Of a stretch of 64,000 nt of DNA, positions 27,323-38,345 are shown in pieces. Within the stretch, counting starts at the first letter, position 1. Every line of letters begins with the position of its first letter. Position numbers and translations under genes: made by a program. The DNA lies in NCBI RefSeq assembly GCF_056712565.1, contig NZ_CM160072.1. One strand, given 5' to 3'. The notes below the pieces were generated by a model that was not told the DNA's origin, did not search any database, and was given only the letters and a program-made list of their open reading frames with translations.

Positions 27323-27838
27323 ATGGCTTTACCACGCAAATTAAAACACCTGAACCTGTTTAACGACGGGAACAACTGGCAGGGGATCGTTGAGTCGCTG
27401 ACGCTGCCGAAATTCACCCGCAAATATGAGAAGTATCGCGGCGGCGGAATGCCGGGGGCAGTGGATGTGGATCTGGGGCTTGATGACAGTGCGCTGGACA
27501 CAGAATTTTCCATTGGTGGTACTGAACTGCTGCTGTTTAAGCAGATAGGCAAAGCCACGGTGGATGGCATCCAGTTGCGCTTTACCGGCTCTATCCAGCG
27601 TGACGATACCGGGGAAGTGCAGGCCGTGGAGCTTGTGGTGCGTGGACGTCACAAAGAAGTGGATTCCGGTGAGTGGAAGACGGGCGAAAGCAACACCACC
27701 AAAGTGACCAGTACCAACAGCTACGCGAAGCTGACCATCAATGGTGAGGTGCTCTATGAAGTGGACCTTATCAACATGGTGGAAATTGTGGACGGTGTGG
27801 ACCTGATGGAAGCGCACCGCAACGCTCTCGGCCTCTGA
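27323..27838 (+). CDS. FII: Tail tube protein gpFII
   Basis: 171 aa; synteny. Confidence 0.85.
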   Translation: MALPRKLKHLNLFNDGNNWQGIVESLTLPKFTRKYEKYRGGGMPGAVDVDLGLDDSALDTEFSIGGTELLLFKQIGKATVDGIQLRFTGSIQRDDTGEVQAVELVVRGRHKEVDSGEWKTGESNTTKVTSTNSYAKLTINGEVLYEVDLINMVEIVDGVDLMEAHRNALGL

Positions 27839-27892
27839 TGTATCTGAACGGCGCGGAATGCCGCGCCAGAACCCAATTTACAGGACAACAAA

Positions 27893-28195
27893 ATGAGCGA
27901 TAAGCAGACTGAAAAGACCATTCAACTGGATACCCCTATCAAGCGCGGTAAAACAGAAATTACCGAAATTGTGCTGCGTAAACCGCAGTCCGGTGCGCTG
28001 CGCGGTACACGCCTGCAGGCCATTATGGATATGGATGTGAACGCGATGATGACCGTGATCCCCCGCATCTCCAGTCCGGCACTGACTGCACAGGAAATTG
28101 CAGAGATGGACCCGGCAGATCTCACTGCCATGTCGGTTGAGGTTGTCACTTTTTTGTTGAAGAAGTCGGTGCTTGCCGGTTTACCGACAGCCTGA
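27893..28195 (+). CDS. E: Tail assembly chaperone gpE; -1 frameshift product E+E' would extend to 28329
   Basis: 100-aa ORF before tape measure; slippery T6G at 28150-28156; -1 frame stays open to TGA 28327-28329. Confidence 0.75.
   Translation: MSDKQTEKTIQLDTPIKRGKTEITEIVLRKPQSGALRGTRLQAIMDMDVNAMMTVIPRISSPALTAQEIAEMDPADLTAMSVEVVTFLLKKSVLAGLPTA
28150..28156 (+). other. Programmed -1 ribosomal frameshift slippery site (TTTTTTG) for E/E+E'
   Basis: T6G heptamer inside E; open -1 frame downstream overlapping T start; conserved feature of P2-like tail chaperones. Confidence 0.6.
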
Positions 28196-28321
28196 CGGTT
28201 GACGATCTGGTGGCTGATATCGCCACCATCTTTCACTGGCCGCCATCCGTTACTGACGTTATGGCGCTGACCGAAGTGCTGGAATGGCGGTATAAAGCGA
28301 TTCAGAGAAGCGGGGCCAACG

Positions 28322-31300
28322 ATGAGTGATAATAACCTGCGCCTGCAGGTCATTCTTAATGCGGTTGACAAACTCACCCGCCCATTCCGTGCTGCACAGG
28401 CCAGTTCGAAAGAGCTGGCTGGCGCAATTCAGAATACCCGAAACAGCCTCAAAGAACTGAATAAGCAGGCTGGCAGAATTGATGAATTTCGCAAGACGCG
28501 CTCGCAACTAGCCATAACAGCCAACAACCTGAACGCAGCCCGCGAAGAGGCGGCAAAACTCGCCACACAATTTGCTGCCACTAACAGGCCAACCGCCGCG
28601 CAGGCAAAGTTATTCAGTCAGGCCAAAACACGAGTACAGGAACTTCAGCAGACCTATAACGGCTTGTTGGGGGCGGTCCAAAGACAACGTCAGGCACTTA
28701 AAGAATCAGGGATTGATACCAGACAACTCAGTAGTGCCCAGCGAGAACTTAAGAAAAATGCTGAAGAAACAAGGCAGGCACTGGAGGGTCAGCAAAAAGC
28801 ACTTAAACGTCTGGGTGAACAACAGGCACGGATGAACGCTGCCAGAGAACAATACTCAAGACGGCTTGAAGTGCGCGATCGCATCGCAGGAGCCGGAGCC
28901 ACTACCACGGCTGCAGGGCTGGCAATGGGTGCGCCAGTGATGGCGGCAGTAAAAAGCTATACCAGCATGGAAGATGCCATGAAAGGTGTGGCAAAGCAGG
29001 TCAATGGTCTGCGTGACGATAATGGCAACCGCACTGTACGTTTTTATGAAATGCAGGATGCCATCAAGGCTGCCAGCGAACAGTTGCCGATGGAAAACGG
29101 TGCGGTGGACTTCGCTGCACTGGTTGAAGGTGGTGCGCGCATGAACGTCGCAAACCCTGACGACAGCTGGGAAGACCAGAAACGTGACCTGCTGGCCTTC
29201 GCCAGTACGGCAGCAAAGGCGGCAACAGCCTTTGAGCTGCCAGCGGATGAACTGTCAGAAAGTCTGGGGAAAATCGCCCAGCTCTACAAAATACCTACCC
29301 GCAATATTGAACAGCTCGGCGATGCACTGAACTATCTGGATGATAACGCCATGTCGAAAGGGGCGGACATCATTGATGTGATGCAACGTCTGGGCGGTGT
29401 GGCTGACCGTCTGGATTATCGTAAAGCGGCGGCACTGGGTTCCACCTTTCTGACACTGGGCGCTGCGCCGGAGGTTGCAGCCAGTGCAGCAAACGCGATG
29501 GTGCGTGAATTGTCCATTGCCACCATGCAAAGCAAGAGTTTCTTTGAAGGGATGAATCTGCTGAAACTCAATCCTGAAGTGATTGAAAAGCAGATGACGA
29601 AGGATGCGATGGGAACTATCCAGCGTGTGCTGGAGAAGGTGAACGCACTGCCGCAGGACAAGCGTCTGTCTGCCATGACCATGTTGTTTGGTAAAGAGTT
29701 TGGTGATGACGCGGCGAAACTGGCAAACAACCTTCCGGAACTGCAGCGCCAGCTAAAACTGACAGCGGGCAATGATGCGCTCGCTTCCATGCAGAAAGAA
29801 TCCGACATTAACAAGGACTCACTTTCTGCGCAGTGGTTGCTGATCAAAACCGGAGCGCAGAACACCTTCAGCAGCCTGGGCGAGACGCTGCGCCAGCCGC
29901 TGATGGATATTCTGTACACGGTGAAAAGCATCACGGGGGCGTTGCGCCGCTGGGTGGAAGCTAACCCGGGACTGACAGGCACACTGATGAAAGTAGCCGC
30001 TGTGGTGGCTGCGGTTACCGTAGGCCTCGGCACCTTAGCGGTAGCGCTGGCTGCAGTGCTGGGGCCGCTGGCAGTGATCCGTCTGGGATTCTCTGTGCTG
30101 GGTATCAAAACGTTACCTTCCGTTACGGCAGCAGTAACTCGAACCAGCAGCGCGTTGTCCTGGCTGGCTGGCGCACCACTGGCACAGCTGCGACGCGGGC
30201 TTGCTTCATCGGGCAACGCCGCGGGTTTACTTACTGCGCCGTTGTCGTCTTTGCGCCGCACGGCATCACTGACGGGAAATGTCCTGAAAACTGTAGCAGG
30301 TGCGCCGGTTGCACTGTTGCGGTCTGGATTATCCGGTTTACGTGCGGTTGCTGTGATGTTTATGAATCCACTGGCAGCACTACGCGGTGGACTGACCGCC
30401 GCAGGCGCGGTGCTGCGAGTACTGGCATCTGGTCCACTGGCGATGTTGCGCGTTGCCCTGTATGCCGTATCTGGTCTGTTAGGTGCTCTGCTTAGTCCAA
30501 TAGGTCTTGTGGTTACAGCACTGGCGGGTGTGGCACTGGTTGTCTGGAAATACTGGCAACCCATCACCGCATTTCTCGGTGGCGTGGTGGAAGGATTCAA
30601 AGCAGCGGCTGGTCCCGTCAGTGCCGCATTCGAACCACTTAAGCCTGTGTTCCAGTGGATTGGCGACAAAGTGCAGGCGTTGTGGGGCTGGTTTACTGAT
30701 CTGCTGACGCCCGTTAAGTCGACCTCTGCTGAACTGCAGAGCGCAGCGGCAATGGGGCAACGATTCGGGGAGGCACTGGCGGAAGGACTGAATATGGTCA
30801 TGCATCCGCTGGACTCCCTGAAATCCGGCGTATCCTGGTTGCTGGAAAAACTCGGCATTGTCAGTAAAGAGGCCGCAAAGGCAAAACTGCCGGAACGCGT
30901 GACGCGTCAGCAACCTGCGACGGTGAATGCAGACGGCAAAGTGATGATGCCATCGGGTGGTTTTCCGTCATGGGGATATGGCTTTGCGGGGATGTATGAC
31001 AGCGGCGGCTATATCCCGCGCGGGCAGTTTGGCATCGTCGGTGAAAACGGGCCGGAAATTGTTAACGGCCCGGCAAATGTGACCAGCCGGAAAAATACCG
31101 CTGCACTGGCTGCTGTTGTTGCCGGAATGATGGGCGTTGCTGCCGCGCCTGCAGAGCTTCCACCGTTACATCCTTTGGCACTTCCCGCGAAAGGCGGCGA
31201 AGCGATGGTGAGTCGTGCAGCCACTGTGCCGCCCGTTCAACGGATTGAGGCACCGACGCAGATCATCATTCAGACGCAGCCAGGACAAAGTGCGCAGGAT

Positions 31301-31399
31301 ATTGCGCGGGAGGTGGCCCGTCAGCTTGATGAACGTGAACGCAGGCTGAAGGCAAAAGCCAGGAGTAACTACAGCGATCAGGGGGGATACGACGCATGA
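28322..31399 (+). CDS. T: Tail tape measure protein gpT
   Basis: 1025 aa, Ala-rich with coiled-coil N-terminal half and hydrophobic central region; synteny. Confidence 0.9.
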   Translation: MSDNNLRLQVILNAVDKLTRPFRAAQASSKELAGAIQNTRNSLKELNKQAGRIDEFRKTRSQLAITANNLNAAREEAAKLATQFAATNRPTAAQAKLFSQAKTRVQELQQTYNGLLGAVQRQRQALKESGIDTRQLSSAQRELKKNAEETRQALEGQQKALKRLGEQQARMNAAREQYSRRLEVRDRIAGAGATTTAAGLAMGAPVMAAVKSYTSMEDAMKGVAKQVNGLRDDNGNRTVRFYEMQDAIKAASEQLPMENGAVDFAALVEGGARMNVANPDDSWEDQKRDLLAFASTAAKAATAFELPADELSESLGKIAQLYKIPTRNIEQLGDALNYLDDNAMSKGADIIDVMQRLGGVADRLDYRKAAALGSTFLTLGAAPEVAASAANAMVRELSIATMQSKSFFEGMNLLKLNPEVIEKQMTKDAMGTIQRVLEKVNALPQDKRLSAMTMLFGKEFGDDAAKLANNLPELQRQLKLTAGNDALASMQKESDINKDSLSAQWLLIKTGAQNTFSSLGETLRQPLMDILYTVKSITGALRRWVEANPGLTGTLMKVAAVVAAVTVGLGTLAVALAAVLGPLAVIRLGFSVLGIKTLPSVTAAVTRTSSALSWLAGAPLAQLRRGLASSGNAAGLLTAPLSSLRRTASLTGNVLKTVAGAPVALLRSGLSGLRAVAVMFMNPLAALRGGLTAAGAVLRVLASGPLAMLRVALYAVSGLLGALLSPIGLVVTALAGVALVVWKYWQPITAFLGGVVEGFKAAAGPVSAAFEPLKPVFQWIGDKVQALWGWFTDLLTPVKSTSAELQSAAAMGQRFGEALAEGLNMVMHPLDSLKSGVSWLLEKLGIVSKEAAKAKLPERVTRQQPATVNADGKVMMPSGGFPSWGYGFAGMYDSGGYIPRGQFGIVGENGPEIVNGPANVTSRKNTAALAAVVAGMMGVAAAPAELPPLHPLALPAKGGEAMVSRAATVPPVQRIEAPTQIIIQTQPGQSAQDIAREVARQLDERERRLKAKARSNYSDQGGYDA

Positions 31400-31881
31400 T
31401 GATGGTGCTGGGATTGTACGTGTTTATGCTGCGCACCGTGCCGTATCAGGAGCTGCAGTATCAACGCAGCTGGCGACATGCGGCAAACAGCAGGGTAAAC
31501 CGTCGTCCGTCCACGCAGTTTCTGGGACCGGAAAACGACATGCTGACGCTTTCCGGTGTTCTTATGCCGGAGATAACAGGCGGCAGGCTGTCGTTACTGG
31601 CACTGGAGCAGATGGCAGAACAGGGGAAAGCATGGCCCCTGATTGAAGGAAGCGGCACGATTTACGGCATGTATGTGATTGAGGGACTGAATCAGACTAA
31701 AACGGAGTTTTTCCGCGACGGTATGCCGCGCCGGATTGAGTTCACCCTGTCGCTAAAACGGGTGGATGAATCCCTGTCCGATATGTTCGGTGATCTCAGT
31801 ACTCAACTGAATAATCTGCAGGACACGGCAACGTCTGCTTTAAGCGATATCAGTAAAACGGTTGGAGGGCTGCTGTCGTGA
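31396..31881 (+). CDS. U: Tail protein gpU
   Basis: 161 aa; synteny. Confidence 0.8.
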   Translation: MMMVLGLYVFMLRTVPYQELQYQRSWRHAANSRVNRRPSTQFLGPENDMLTLSGVLMPEITGGRLSLLALEQMAEQGKAWPLIEGSGTIYGMYVIEGLNQTKTEFFRDGMPRRIEFTLSLKRVDESLSDMFGDLSTQLNNLQDTATSALSDISKTVGGLLS

Positions 31882-32978
31882 ATTTCAGCTCTGAACTGCT
31901 TAACAAAAGCAACAAAACTCCGGCATTCAGCATCAGTATTGCAGGCAAGGATATCACCACTGTGCTGGACAACCGCCTGATGGGGCTTACGCTGACGGAT
32001 AACCGGGGCTTTGAAGCGGACCAGCTTGATCTGGAGCTGGACGACGCTGACGGAAAAATCGTGCTGCCGCGCCGTGGTGCGGTCATTACGCTGGCGCTGG
32101 GCTGGAAGGGGCAGCCGCTTTTCCCGAAAGGGGCATTCACGGTGGACGAGATTGAACACACTGGCGCACCGGACCGCCTGACTATCCGGGCGCGAAGTGC
32201 TGATTTTCGGGAAACCCTGAATACCCGCCGTGAAAAATCGTGGCATAACACCACCATCGGGGAAGTGGTTAAGGAAATAGCCGCGCGTCACAAGCTGAAG
32301 ATGGCACTGGGTAAAGACCTGTCGGATAAGCCCGTGGAGCATATAGACCAGACTAATGAGAGTGACGGCAGTTTTCTGATGCGGCTGGCGCGACAGTACG
32401 GTGCCATCGCGTCGGTGAAAAATGGCAATCTGTTATTCATCCGGCAGGGGCAGGGCAAAAGCGCCACTGGTAAACCACTGCCAGTGATCACTATCACACG
32501 CAAGGACGGCGACAGTCACCGCTTTACCCTGGCAGATCGCGGAGCCTACACGGGCGTCATTGCCAGCTGGTTGCATACCCGCGAACCTGCGAAGAAAGAA
32601 AGCACCACGGTGAAGCGTAAGCGCAGAACTAAGAAGCAGAAGAAAGAGCCGGAAGTGAAGCAGGGTGATTACCTGGTGGGTACGGATGAAAACGTGCTGG
32701 TACTCAATCGCACCTATGCCAATCGGAGTAACGCCGAACGGGCAGCGAAAATGCAGTGGGAACGCCTGCAACGTGGCGTTGCGTCATTCTCGCTACAACT
32801 GGCGGAAGGGCGGGCAGATCTCTACACGGAAATGCCTGTGAAGGTCAGTGGTTTTAAACAGCCGATAGATGATGCGGAATGGACCATTACGACTCTGACA
32901 CATACCGTCAGCCCGGATAACGGTTTTACGACCAGTCTGGAGCTTGAAGTGAGGATTGATGATTTCGAAATGGAATGA
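31878..32978 (+). CDS. D: Tail protein gpD
   Basis: 366 aa; synteny. Confidence 0.85.
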   Translation: MNFSSELLNKSNKTPAFSISIAGKDITTVLDNRLMGLTLTDNRGFEADQLDLELDDADGKIVLPRRGAVITLALGWKGQPLFPKGAFTVDEIEHTGAPDRLTIRARSADFRETLNTRREKSWHNTTIGEVVKEIAARHKLKMALGKDLSDKPVEHIDQTNESDGSFLMRLARQYGAIASVKNGNLLFIRQGQGKSATGKPLPVITITRKDGDSHRFTLADRGAYTGVIASWLHTREPAKKESTTVKRKRRTKKQKKEPEVKQGDYLVGTDENVLVLNRTYANRSNAERAAKMQWERLQRGVASFSLQLAEGRADLYTEMPVKVSGFKQPIDDAEWTITTLTHTVSPDNGFTTSLELEVRIDDFEME

Positions 32979-33068
32979 TTCTTCGCAATGGAGAACTTTT
33001 AAGTTTGCAAAATGGAATAATACGGTATCATTGTTGTGAATTTAGCAAAAATGGGGAGAACTCGAAAA

Positions 33069-33287
33069 ATGATGATTTGCCCACTGTGTGGAAGTGCCGC
33101 CCATACTCGCAGCAGTTTTCAGGTATCTTCATTGACCAAAGAGCGTTATAACCAGTGCCAGAACATTAACTGCAGCCATACTTTTGTTACCCATGAAACT
33201 TTTGTTCGTTCGATTGCAACACCAAAAGAGTCTAATCCAGTTCAGCCGCATCCAATGAAATCAGGACAGGTGGCGCTCTCTCTTTGA
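33069..33287 (+). CDS. ogr: Ogr late-gene transcriptional activator (zinc finger)
   Basis: MMICPLCGSAAHTRSS...CQNINCSHTF: Cys4 zinc-binding pattern as in P2 Ogr; last prophage gene. Confidence 0.8.
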   Translation: MMICPLCGSAAHTRSSFQVSSLTKERYNQCQNINCSHTFVTHETFVRSIATPKESNPVQPHPMKSGQVALSL

Positions 33288-33365
33288 CGCTGCCGCCATT
33301 TTGTCGCCATCGTTAAAAAACAGTGCTTCTAACATCATGATTTTAAACATCTTAAATTTCAGGCA

Positions 33366-33410
33366 ACAAAAAACCCATCAACCTTGAACCGAAATGGCGG
33401 GGTTGATGGG
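33366..33410 (-). terminator. Hairpin with T-tract on minus strand; ybjL terminator and/or part of the prophage-host junction
   Basis: CCCATCAACC ... GGTTGATGGG inverted repeat, A-run on plus-strand 5' side. Confidence 0.4.
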
Positions 33411-33522
33411 CTCCACAAAATGGGGACATCAAAGAAAAGCAGTGGCACTAATTAAGACTGATGCCCTGCGGAAAAGTTCTGCGGTTGTGCAAAAAAATTT
33501 CATTTTCAGGGCAACTTCAGTT

Positions 33523-35208
33523 TTATCCTAATCCTGGCCATACCATGACGATGATTGTCCCTGCCAGCGTCAGCAGGACGTTGGCGATTGCATAGGTGCC
33601 CGCATAGCCCAGCGCCGGGATGTTACTGCGAGCTGTATCACTGATGATCTCCATTGCCGGCGCGCAGGTGCGTGCGCCCATCATTGCGCCGAACAACAGT
33701 GCGCGGTTCATTCGCAATACATAAGCACCGAACAAGAAACAGATAACCACTGGCACAAGACTGACAATCAATCCGGCAATCAACATCTGACCGCCAATCG
33801 CGCCTAGGCCGTTATTAATACCGCTACCGGCGCTCAGACCAACGCCTGCCATAAACACCATTAAGCCGAACTCTTTCACCATGCTTAATGCACCCTGCGG
33901 AATGTAACCGAAGGTCGGGTGGTTAGCGCGCATAAATCCCAGCATAATTCCGGCGAATAACAACCCGGCAGCGTTCCCCATGCCGAAACTGAATGTGCTG
34001 AACTGGAAGGTGATCATCCCGATCATCAGCCCAATAACAAAGAAGGCGCAGAATGCCAGCAAGTCAGTGACCTGGCTGTGAATCGAGATAAAGCCGATGC
34101 GATCGGCGATGGTTTTTACGCGACGGGCATCGCCGCTGACTTGTAAAACGTCACCTTTGTTAAGCACGACGTTGTCATCTATCGGCATCTCAATCTGGCT
34201 ACGAATGACGCGGTTAAGGAAGCAACCGTGATCGGTCAACTTCAGTTGTGCGAGACGTTTGCCCACGGCGTTATGGTTTTTAACGACCACTTCTTCAGTG
34301 ACGATACGCATGTCGAGAAGGTCACGATCGAAAACTTCTTTGCCGTTACGGAAGCTGGGATCGAGTCGTGCGTGGGCGTCGGGATAGCCTACCAACGCTA
34401 TTTCATCGCCCATTTGTAGCACAGCATCACCGTCTGGATTCGCCAGAATCCCGTTACGTCGAATACGTTCAATGTAGCAGCCAGTTTGTCGATAAATACC
34501 CAGTTCACGCAGATTTTTGCCGTCGGTCCAGGCCACCAGCTCCGGGCCGACGCGGTAGGCGCGGATCACCGGTAAATAAACCTTACGGTTGGCATCAGTG
34601 TCCAGGCCACGTTCGCGGGCGATTTGCTGGGCGCTGGTCTGTAAGTCCTGATGCTGCAATTTCGGCAAGTAACGCGCACCAACAATCAAACTCACCAGAC
34701 CGATTAAATAGGTTAAGGCATACCCGAGGCTCAGATTATCCAGTGCCAGTGAGAGCTGCCTGCTTTCCATGCCGGAATGACGCAGTGTATCGCCAGCACC
34801 GACCAGAACCGGTGTCGACGTCATAGAGCCAGCTAACATACCGGCCGTCAGGCCAATATCCCAGCCAAACAGCTTACCTAACCCTAAGGCGATCACCAGC
34901 GCACTGCCAACCATCACCAGTGCTAACATTAGGTAATTTTTCCCATCGCGAAAAAAAATGGAAAAAAAGTTCGGTCCGGCTTCGACCCCGACGCAGAAAA
35001 TAAACAGCATAAAGCCAAGATTAAGCGCGTCGGTGTTAATGCTGAAATGTTGTTGGCCTAATAACAGCGATACGACTAAAACGCCAATGGAATTACCCAG
35101 TTGGATCGAACCAAGTCGTAATTTCCCGAGACATAGCCCAAGCGCGAGGACCACAAATAATAACAGAATGTAATTCCCATTTAACAATTCGGCGACGTTT
35201 ATATTCAC
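33523..35208 (-). CDS. ybjL: Putative transporter YbjL (AAE family, two TrkA-C domains)
   Basis: 561-aa membrane protein; recognised as K-12 ybjL by sequence and synteny. Confidence 0.9.
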
Positions 35209-35477
35209 GGAGGCTAACTTCTTGTTTACTAGTAAGCTGTTGAAAGAAATGGTAATTTACGATAATGTTTTTTACCAGAATTCAGGGCGCAGATTCATTC
35301 AGCGCACCTAAAAGATAGTAAAGTAACAATATATTTTACTAGTGTAATCACATTAGGTATCAACGGCTATATGAATTGCGTTGGCCTATATTAGCATGGA
35401 ATGCGAAGCGGCTTTATCTTACTGAACGCCACACTGGCGAAAAATGTGTTCGATAGACGCAGTGTCAGGAGGAACGA

Positions 35478-35855
35478 GTGAAACATAAACAACGTTGGGC
35501 GGGGGCAATCTGCTGTTTTGTCCTCTTCATTGTGGTGTGTCTTTTTCTGGCGACGCACATGAAAGGCGCTTTTCGGGCTGCCGGGCATCCTGAAATCGGT
35601 TTGCTATTTTTCATTCTTCCTGGTGCAGTTGCCAGCTTCTTTTCACATCGTAGAGAAGTCCTGAAACCTCTGTTTGGCGCAATGCTGGCGGCACCCTGTT
35701 CGATGCTCATTATGCGGCTGTTTTTTTCACCGACGCGCTCATTCTGGCAAGAGCTGGCATGGTTATTAAGTGCGGTGTTCTGGTGTGCGCTGGGGGCATT
35801 GTGTTTCTTATTTATCAGTAGTTTGTTTAAACCACAGCACAGAAAAAATCAATAA
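35478..35855 (+). CDS. ybjM: Inner membrane protein YbjM
   Basis: 125 aa, hydrophobic; K-12 synteny. Confidence 0.85.
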   Translation: MKHKQRWAGAICCFVLFIVVCLFLATHMKGAFRAAGHPEIGLLFFILPGAVASFFSHRREVLKPLFGAMLAAPCSMLIMRLFFSPTRSFWQELAWLLSAVFWCALGALCFLFISSLFKPQHRKNQ

Positions 35856-35884
35856 AGCCCTCAACGCGAGGGCTTGTCAGACGA

Positions 35885-36142
35885 TCAGGCGTCCAGATTC
35901 TCTTTCGCCCATGCAGCAAAATCGGTATAGCCGCCGATATGTTGCTGATCGACAAAAATCTGCGGCACGGTTTCTACGGGTTTACCTGCCTTTTGTTGTA
36001 GATCTTCTTTAGTGATCCCTTCCGCACGAATATCTACATACTGATACTGGAAATCATCGCGTTCATTGCTCAATTTCTCAGCCAGATCTTTTGCACGCAC
36101 ACAGTAAGGGCAACCCGGACGACCAAAAATAACGGTTTGCAT
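35885..36142 (-). CDS. grxA: Glutaredoxin 1
   Basis: MQTVIFGRPGCPYCVRAKDLAEKL: CPYC active site; start at ATG 36142. Confidence 0.95.
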   Translation of the reverse strand: MQTVIFGRPGCPYCVRAKDLAEKLSNERDDFQYQYVDIRAEGITKEDLQQKAGKPVETVPQIFVDQQHIGGYTDFAAWAKENLDA

Positions 36143-36301
36143 TATTTCTCTCCTCATAGATTTATGCCTGTAATGATCACGCTAAAATGTATTCGCTGAA
36201 AGTAGGTTTAACCTGTTGCATTAATTGATAAAAGCTATAACTGTTAAACACAATACAGTGAAAAGTTTTAGACTGAAGGCTCACTTTGCAGAGGGAAGCG
36301 T

Positions 36302-36589
36302 ATGCGCGCGATCGGTAAATTGCCTAAAAGCGTGTTGATACTGGAATTTATCGGAATGATGTTGCTGGCGGTGGCGCTGCTGTCGGTAAGCGACTCCCTG
36401 TCGCTACCTGAGCCATTTTCTCGGCCAGAAGTGCAGATTCTGATGATTTTTCTCGGTGTTTTGCTCATGCTTCCCGCTGCGGTGGTGGTTATTCTTCAGG
36501 TGGCAAAACGTCTTGCCCCACAGCTGATGAACCATCCACCGCAATATTCACGTTCAGAAAGAGAAAAAGATAATGACGCCAACCATTGA
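36302..36589 (+). CDS. ybjC: Inner membrane protein YbjC
   Basis: 95 aa; upstream of and overlapping nfsA. Confidence 0.85.
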   Translation: MRAIGKLPKSVLILEFIGMMLLAVALLSVSDSLSLPEPFSRPEVQILMIFLGVLLMLPAAVVVILQVAKRLAPQLMNHPPQYSRSEREKDNDANH

Positions 36590-37295
36590 ACTTATTTGTG
36601 GCCATCGCTCCATTCGCCATTTCACTGATGAACCCATTTCCGAAGCGCAGCGTGAGGCGATTATTAACAGCGCCCGTGCGACGTCCAGTTCCAGTTTTTT
36701 GCAGTGCAGTAGCATTATTCGCATTACCGACAAAGCGTTACGTGAAGAACTGGTGACGCTGACCGGCGGGCAAAAACACGTAGCGCAAGCGGCGGAGTTT
36801 TGGGTGTTCTGTGCCGACTTTAACCGCCATTTACAGATCTGTCCGGATGCTCAGCTCGGCCTGGCGGAACAACTGTTGCTCGGTGTCGTTGATACGGCAA
36901 TGATGGCACAGAATGCATTAACCGCAGCGGAATCGCTGGGATTGGGCGGGGTATATATCGGCGGCCTGCGCAATAATATTGAAGCGGTGACGGAACTGCT
37001 GAAATTACCGCAGCATGTTCTGCCGCTGTTTGGGCTGTGCCTTGGCTGGCCTGCGGATAATCCGGATCTTAAGCCGCGTTTACCGGCCTCCATTTTGGTG
37101 CATGAAAACAGCTATCAACCGCTGGATAAAGACGCACTGGCGCAGTATGACGAGCAACTGGCGGAATATTACCTCACCCGTGGCAGCAATAATCGCCGGG
37201 ATACCTGGAGCGATCATATCCGCCGAACAATCATTAAAGAAAGCCGCCCATTTATTCTGGATTATTTGCACAAACAGGGTTGGGCGACGCGCTAA
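36573..37295 (+). CDS. nfsA: Oxygen-insensitive NADPH nitroreductase NfsA
   Basis: 240 aa MTPTIELICGHRSIRHFTDEPIS... Confidence 0.95.
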   Translation: MTPTIELICGHRSIRHFTDEPISEAQREAIINSARATSSSSFLQCSSIIRITDKALREELVTLTGGQKHVAQAAEFWVFCADFNRHLQICPDAQLGLAEQLLLGVVDTAMMAQNALTAAESLGLGGVYIGGLRNNIEAVTELLKLPQHVLPLFGLCLGWPADNPDLKPRLPASILVHENSYQPLDKDALAQYDEQLAEYYLTRGSNNRRDTWSDHIRRTIIKESRPFILDYLHKQGWATR

Positions 37296-37355
37296 AACTG
37301 CCACGTCGATGTATGATACGCGGGCTTTTGACCAGGTCTGACAGAGAGGTGCAGA

Positions 37356-38258
37356 GTGAAAATTGCCATATTGTCCCGGGATGGAACGCTCTATTCGTGT
37401 AAGCGGCTGCGTGAAGCCGCTATACAGCGCGGTCACCTGGTTGAAATTCTTGATCCGCTTTCTTGCTACATGAACATAAATCCTGCGGCGTCTTCTATTC
37501 ACTACAAAGGCCGCAAGTTACCCCATTTTGACGCAGTGATCCCGCGTATTGGCACCGCCATTACCTTTTATGGGACGGCGGCACTGCGCCAGTTCGAGAT
37601 GCTGGGGAGCTATCCGCTCAATGAGTCGGTCGCCATTGCCCGGGCGCGTGACAAATTGCGTTCCATGCAACTGCTGGCGCGTCAGGGCATCGACCTGCCT
37701 GTCACGGGCATTGCGCATTCGCCGGATGATACCAGCGATTTAATCGACATGGTCGGTGGTGCGCCGCTGGTGGTCAAGCTGGTTGAAGGCACGCAGGGAA
37801 TTGGTGTCGTGCTGGCGGAGACGCGTCAGGCGGCCGAAAGCGTGATTGACGCTTTCCGCGGTCTGAACGCGCATATTCTGGTGCAGGAATATATCAAAGA
37901 GGCGCAAGGGTGCGATATCCGCTGTCTGGTTGTTGGCGATGAAGTAGTCGCTGCGATTGAACGGCGAGCGAAAGAGGGCGATTTTCGTTCCAATTTGCAT
38001 CGTGGCGGCGCGGCAAGCGTCGCCAGTATCACACCACAGGAGCGTGAAATCGCGATAAAAGCCGCGCGAACGATGGCGCTGGACGTTGCTGGTGTGGATA
38101 TTCTGCGTGCTAATCGCGGGCCGTTGGTGATGGAAGTGAATGCGTCGCCAGGGCTGGAAGGAATAGAAAAAACCACCGGTATCGACATCGCGGGTAAAAT
38201 GATCCGCTGGATCGAACGCCACGCTACGACAGAATATTGCCTGAAAACGGGTGGTTAG
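37356..38258 (+). CDS. rimK: Ribosomal protein S6 glutamate ligase RimK (ATP-grasp)
   Basis: 300 aa [18 protein letters not shown]... Confidence 0.95.
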   Translation: MKIAILSRDGTLYSCKRLREAAIQRGHLVEILDPLSCYMNINPAASSIHYKGRKLPHFDAVIPRIGTAITFYGTAALRQFEMLGSYPLNESVAIARARDKLRSMQLLARQGIDLPVTGIAHSPDDTSDLIDMVGGAPLVVKLVEGTQGIGVVLAETRQAAESVIDAFRGLNAHILVQEYIKEAQGCDIRCLVVGDEVVAAIERRAKEGDFRSNLHRGGAASVASITPQEREIAIKAARTMALDVAGVDILRANRGPLVMEVNASPGLEGIEKTTGIDIAGKMIRWIERHATTEYCLKTGG

Positions 38259-38345
38259 TCGCAATCACATTACTGATCATGGTTTTGCCTGCGCTTTTTG
38301 CGTAAGCTGTGCCGGTCTTTTTATCGGAAGAGGTTGTACAAAATT

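Larger units (their letters stand above)
1..33300. mobile_element. P2/186-like prophage; left (int) end truncated by window start, right boundary approximate just past ogr
   Basis: Gene order int-cI-apl-cII-early-dam-A-[cargo]-cos-[cargo]-Q-P-capsid-M-L-X-lysis-R-S-[cargo]-V-W-J-I-H-tfa-invertase-FI-FII-E-T-U-D-ogr matches the P2 prophage map; conserved host genes resume at ybjL. Confidence 0.9.

Noticed and set aside
29416-30858. 480-aa minus-strand ORF
   Set aside because: Antisense to the tape measure gene T; low-complexity Ser/Ala/Pro-rich translation typical of a spurious frame through GC-rich repeats.
33288-33522. tRNA gene as integration target at the prophage right end
   Set aside because: No cloverleaf-compatible sequence or conserved tRNA boxes seen; only a long inverted repeat.
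37740-38264. 174-aa minus-strand ORF
   Set aside because: Antisense to rimK, a well-recognised host gene; spurious.
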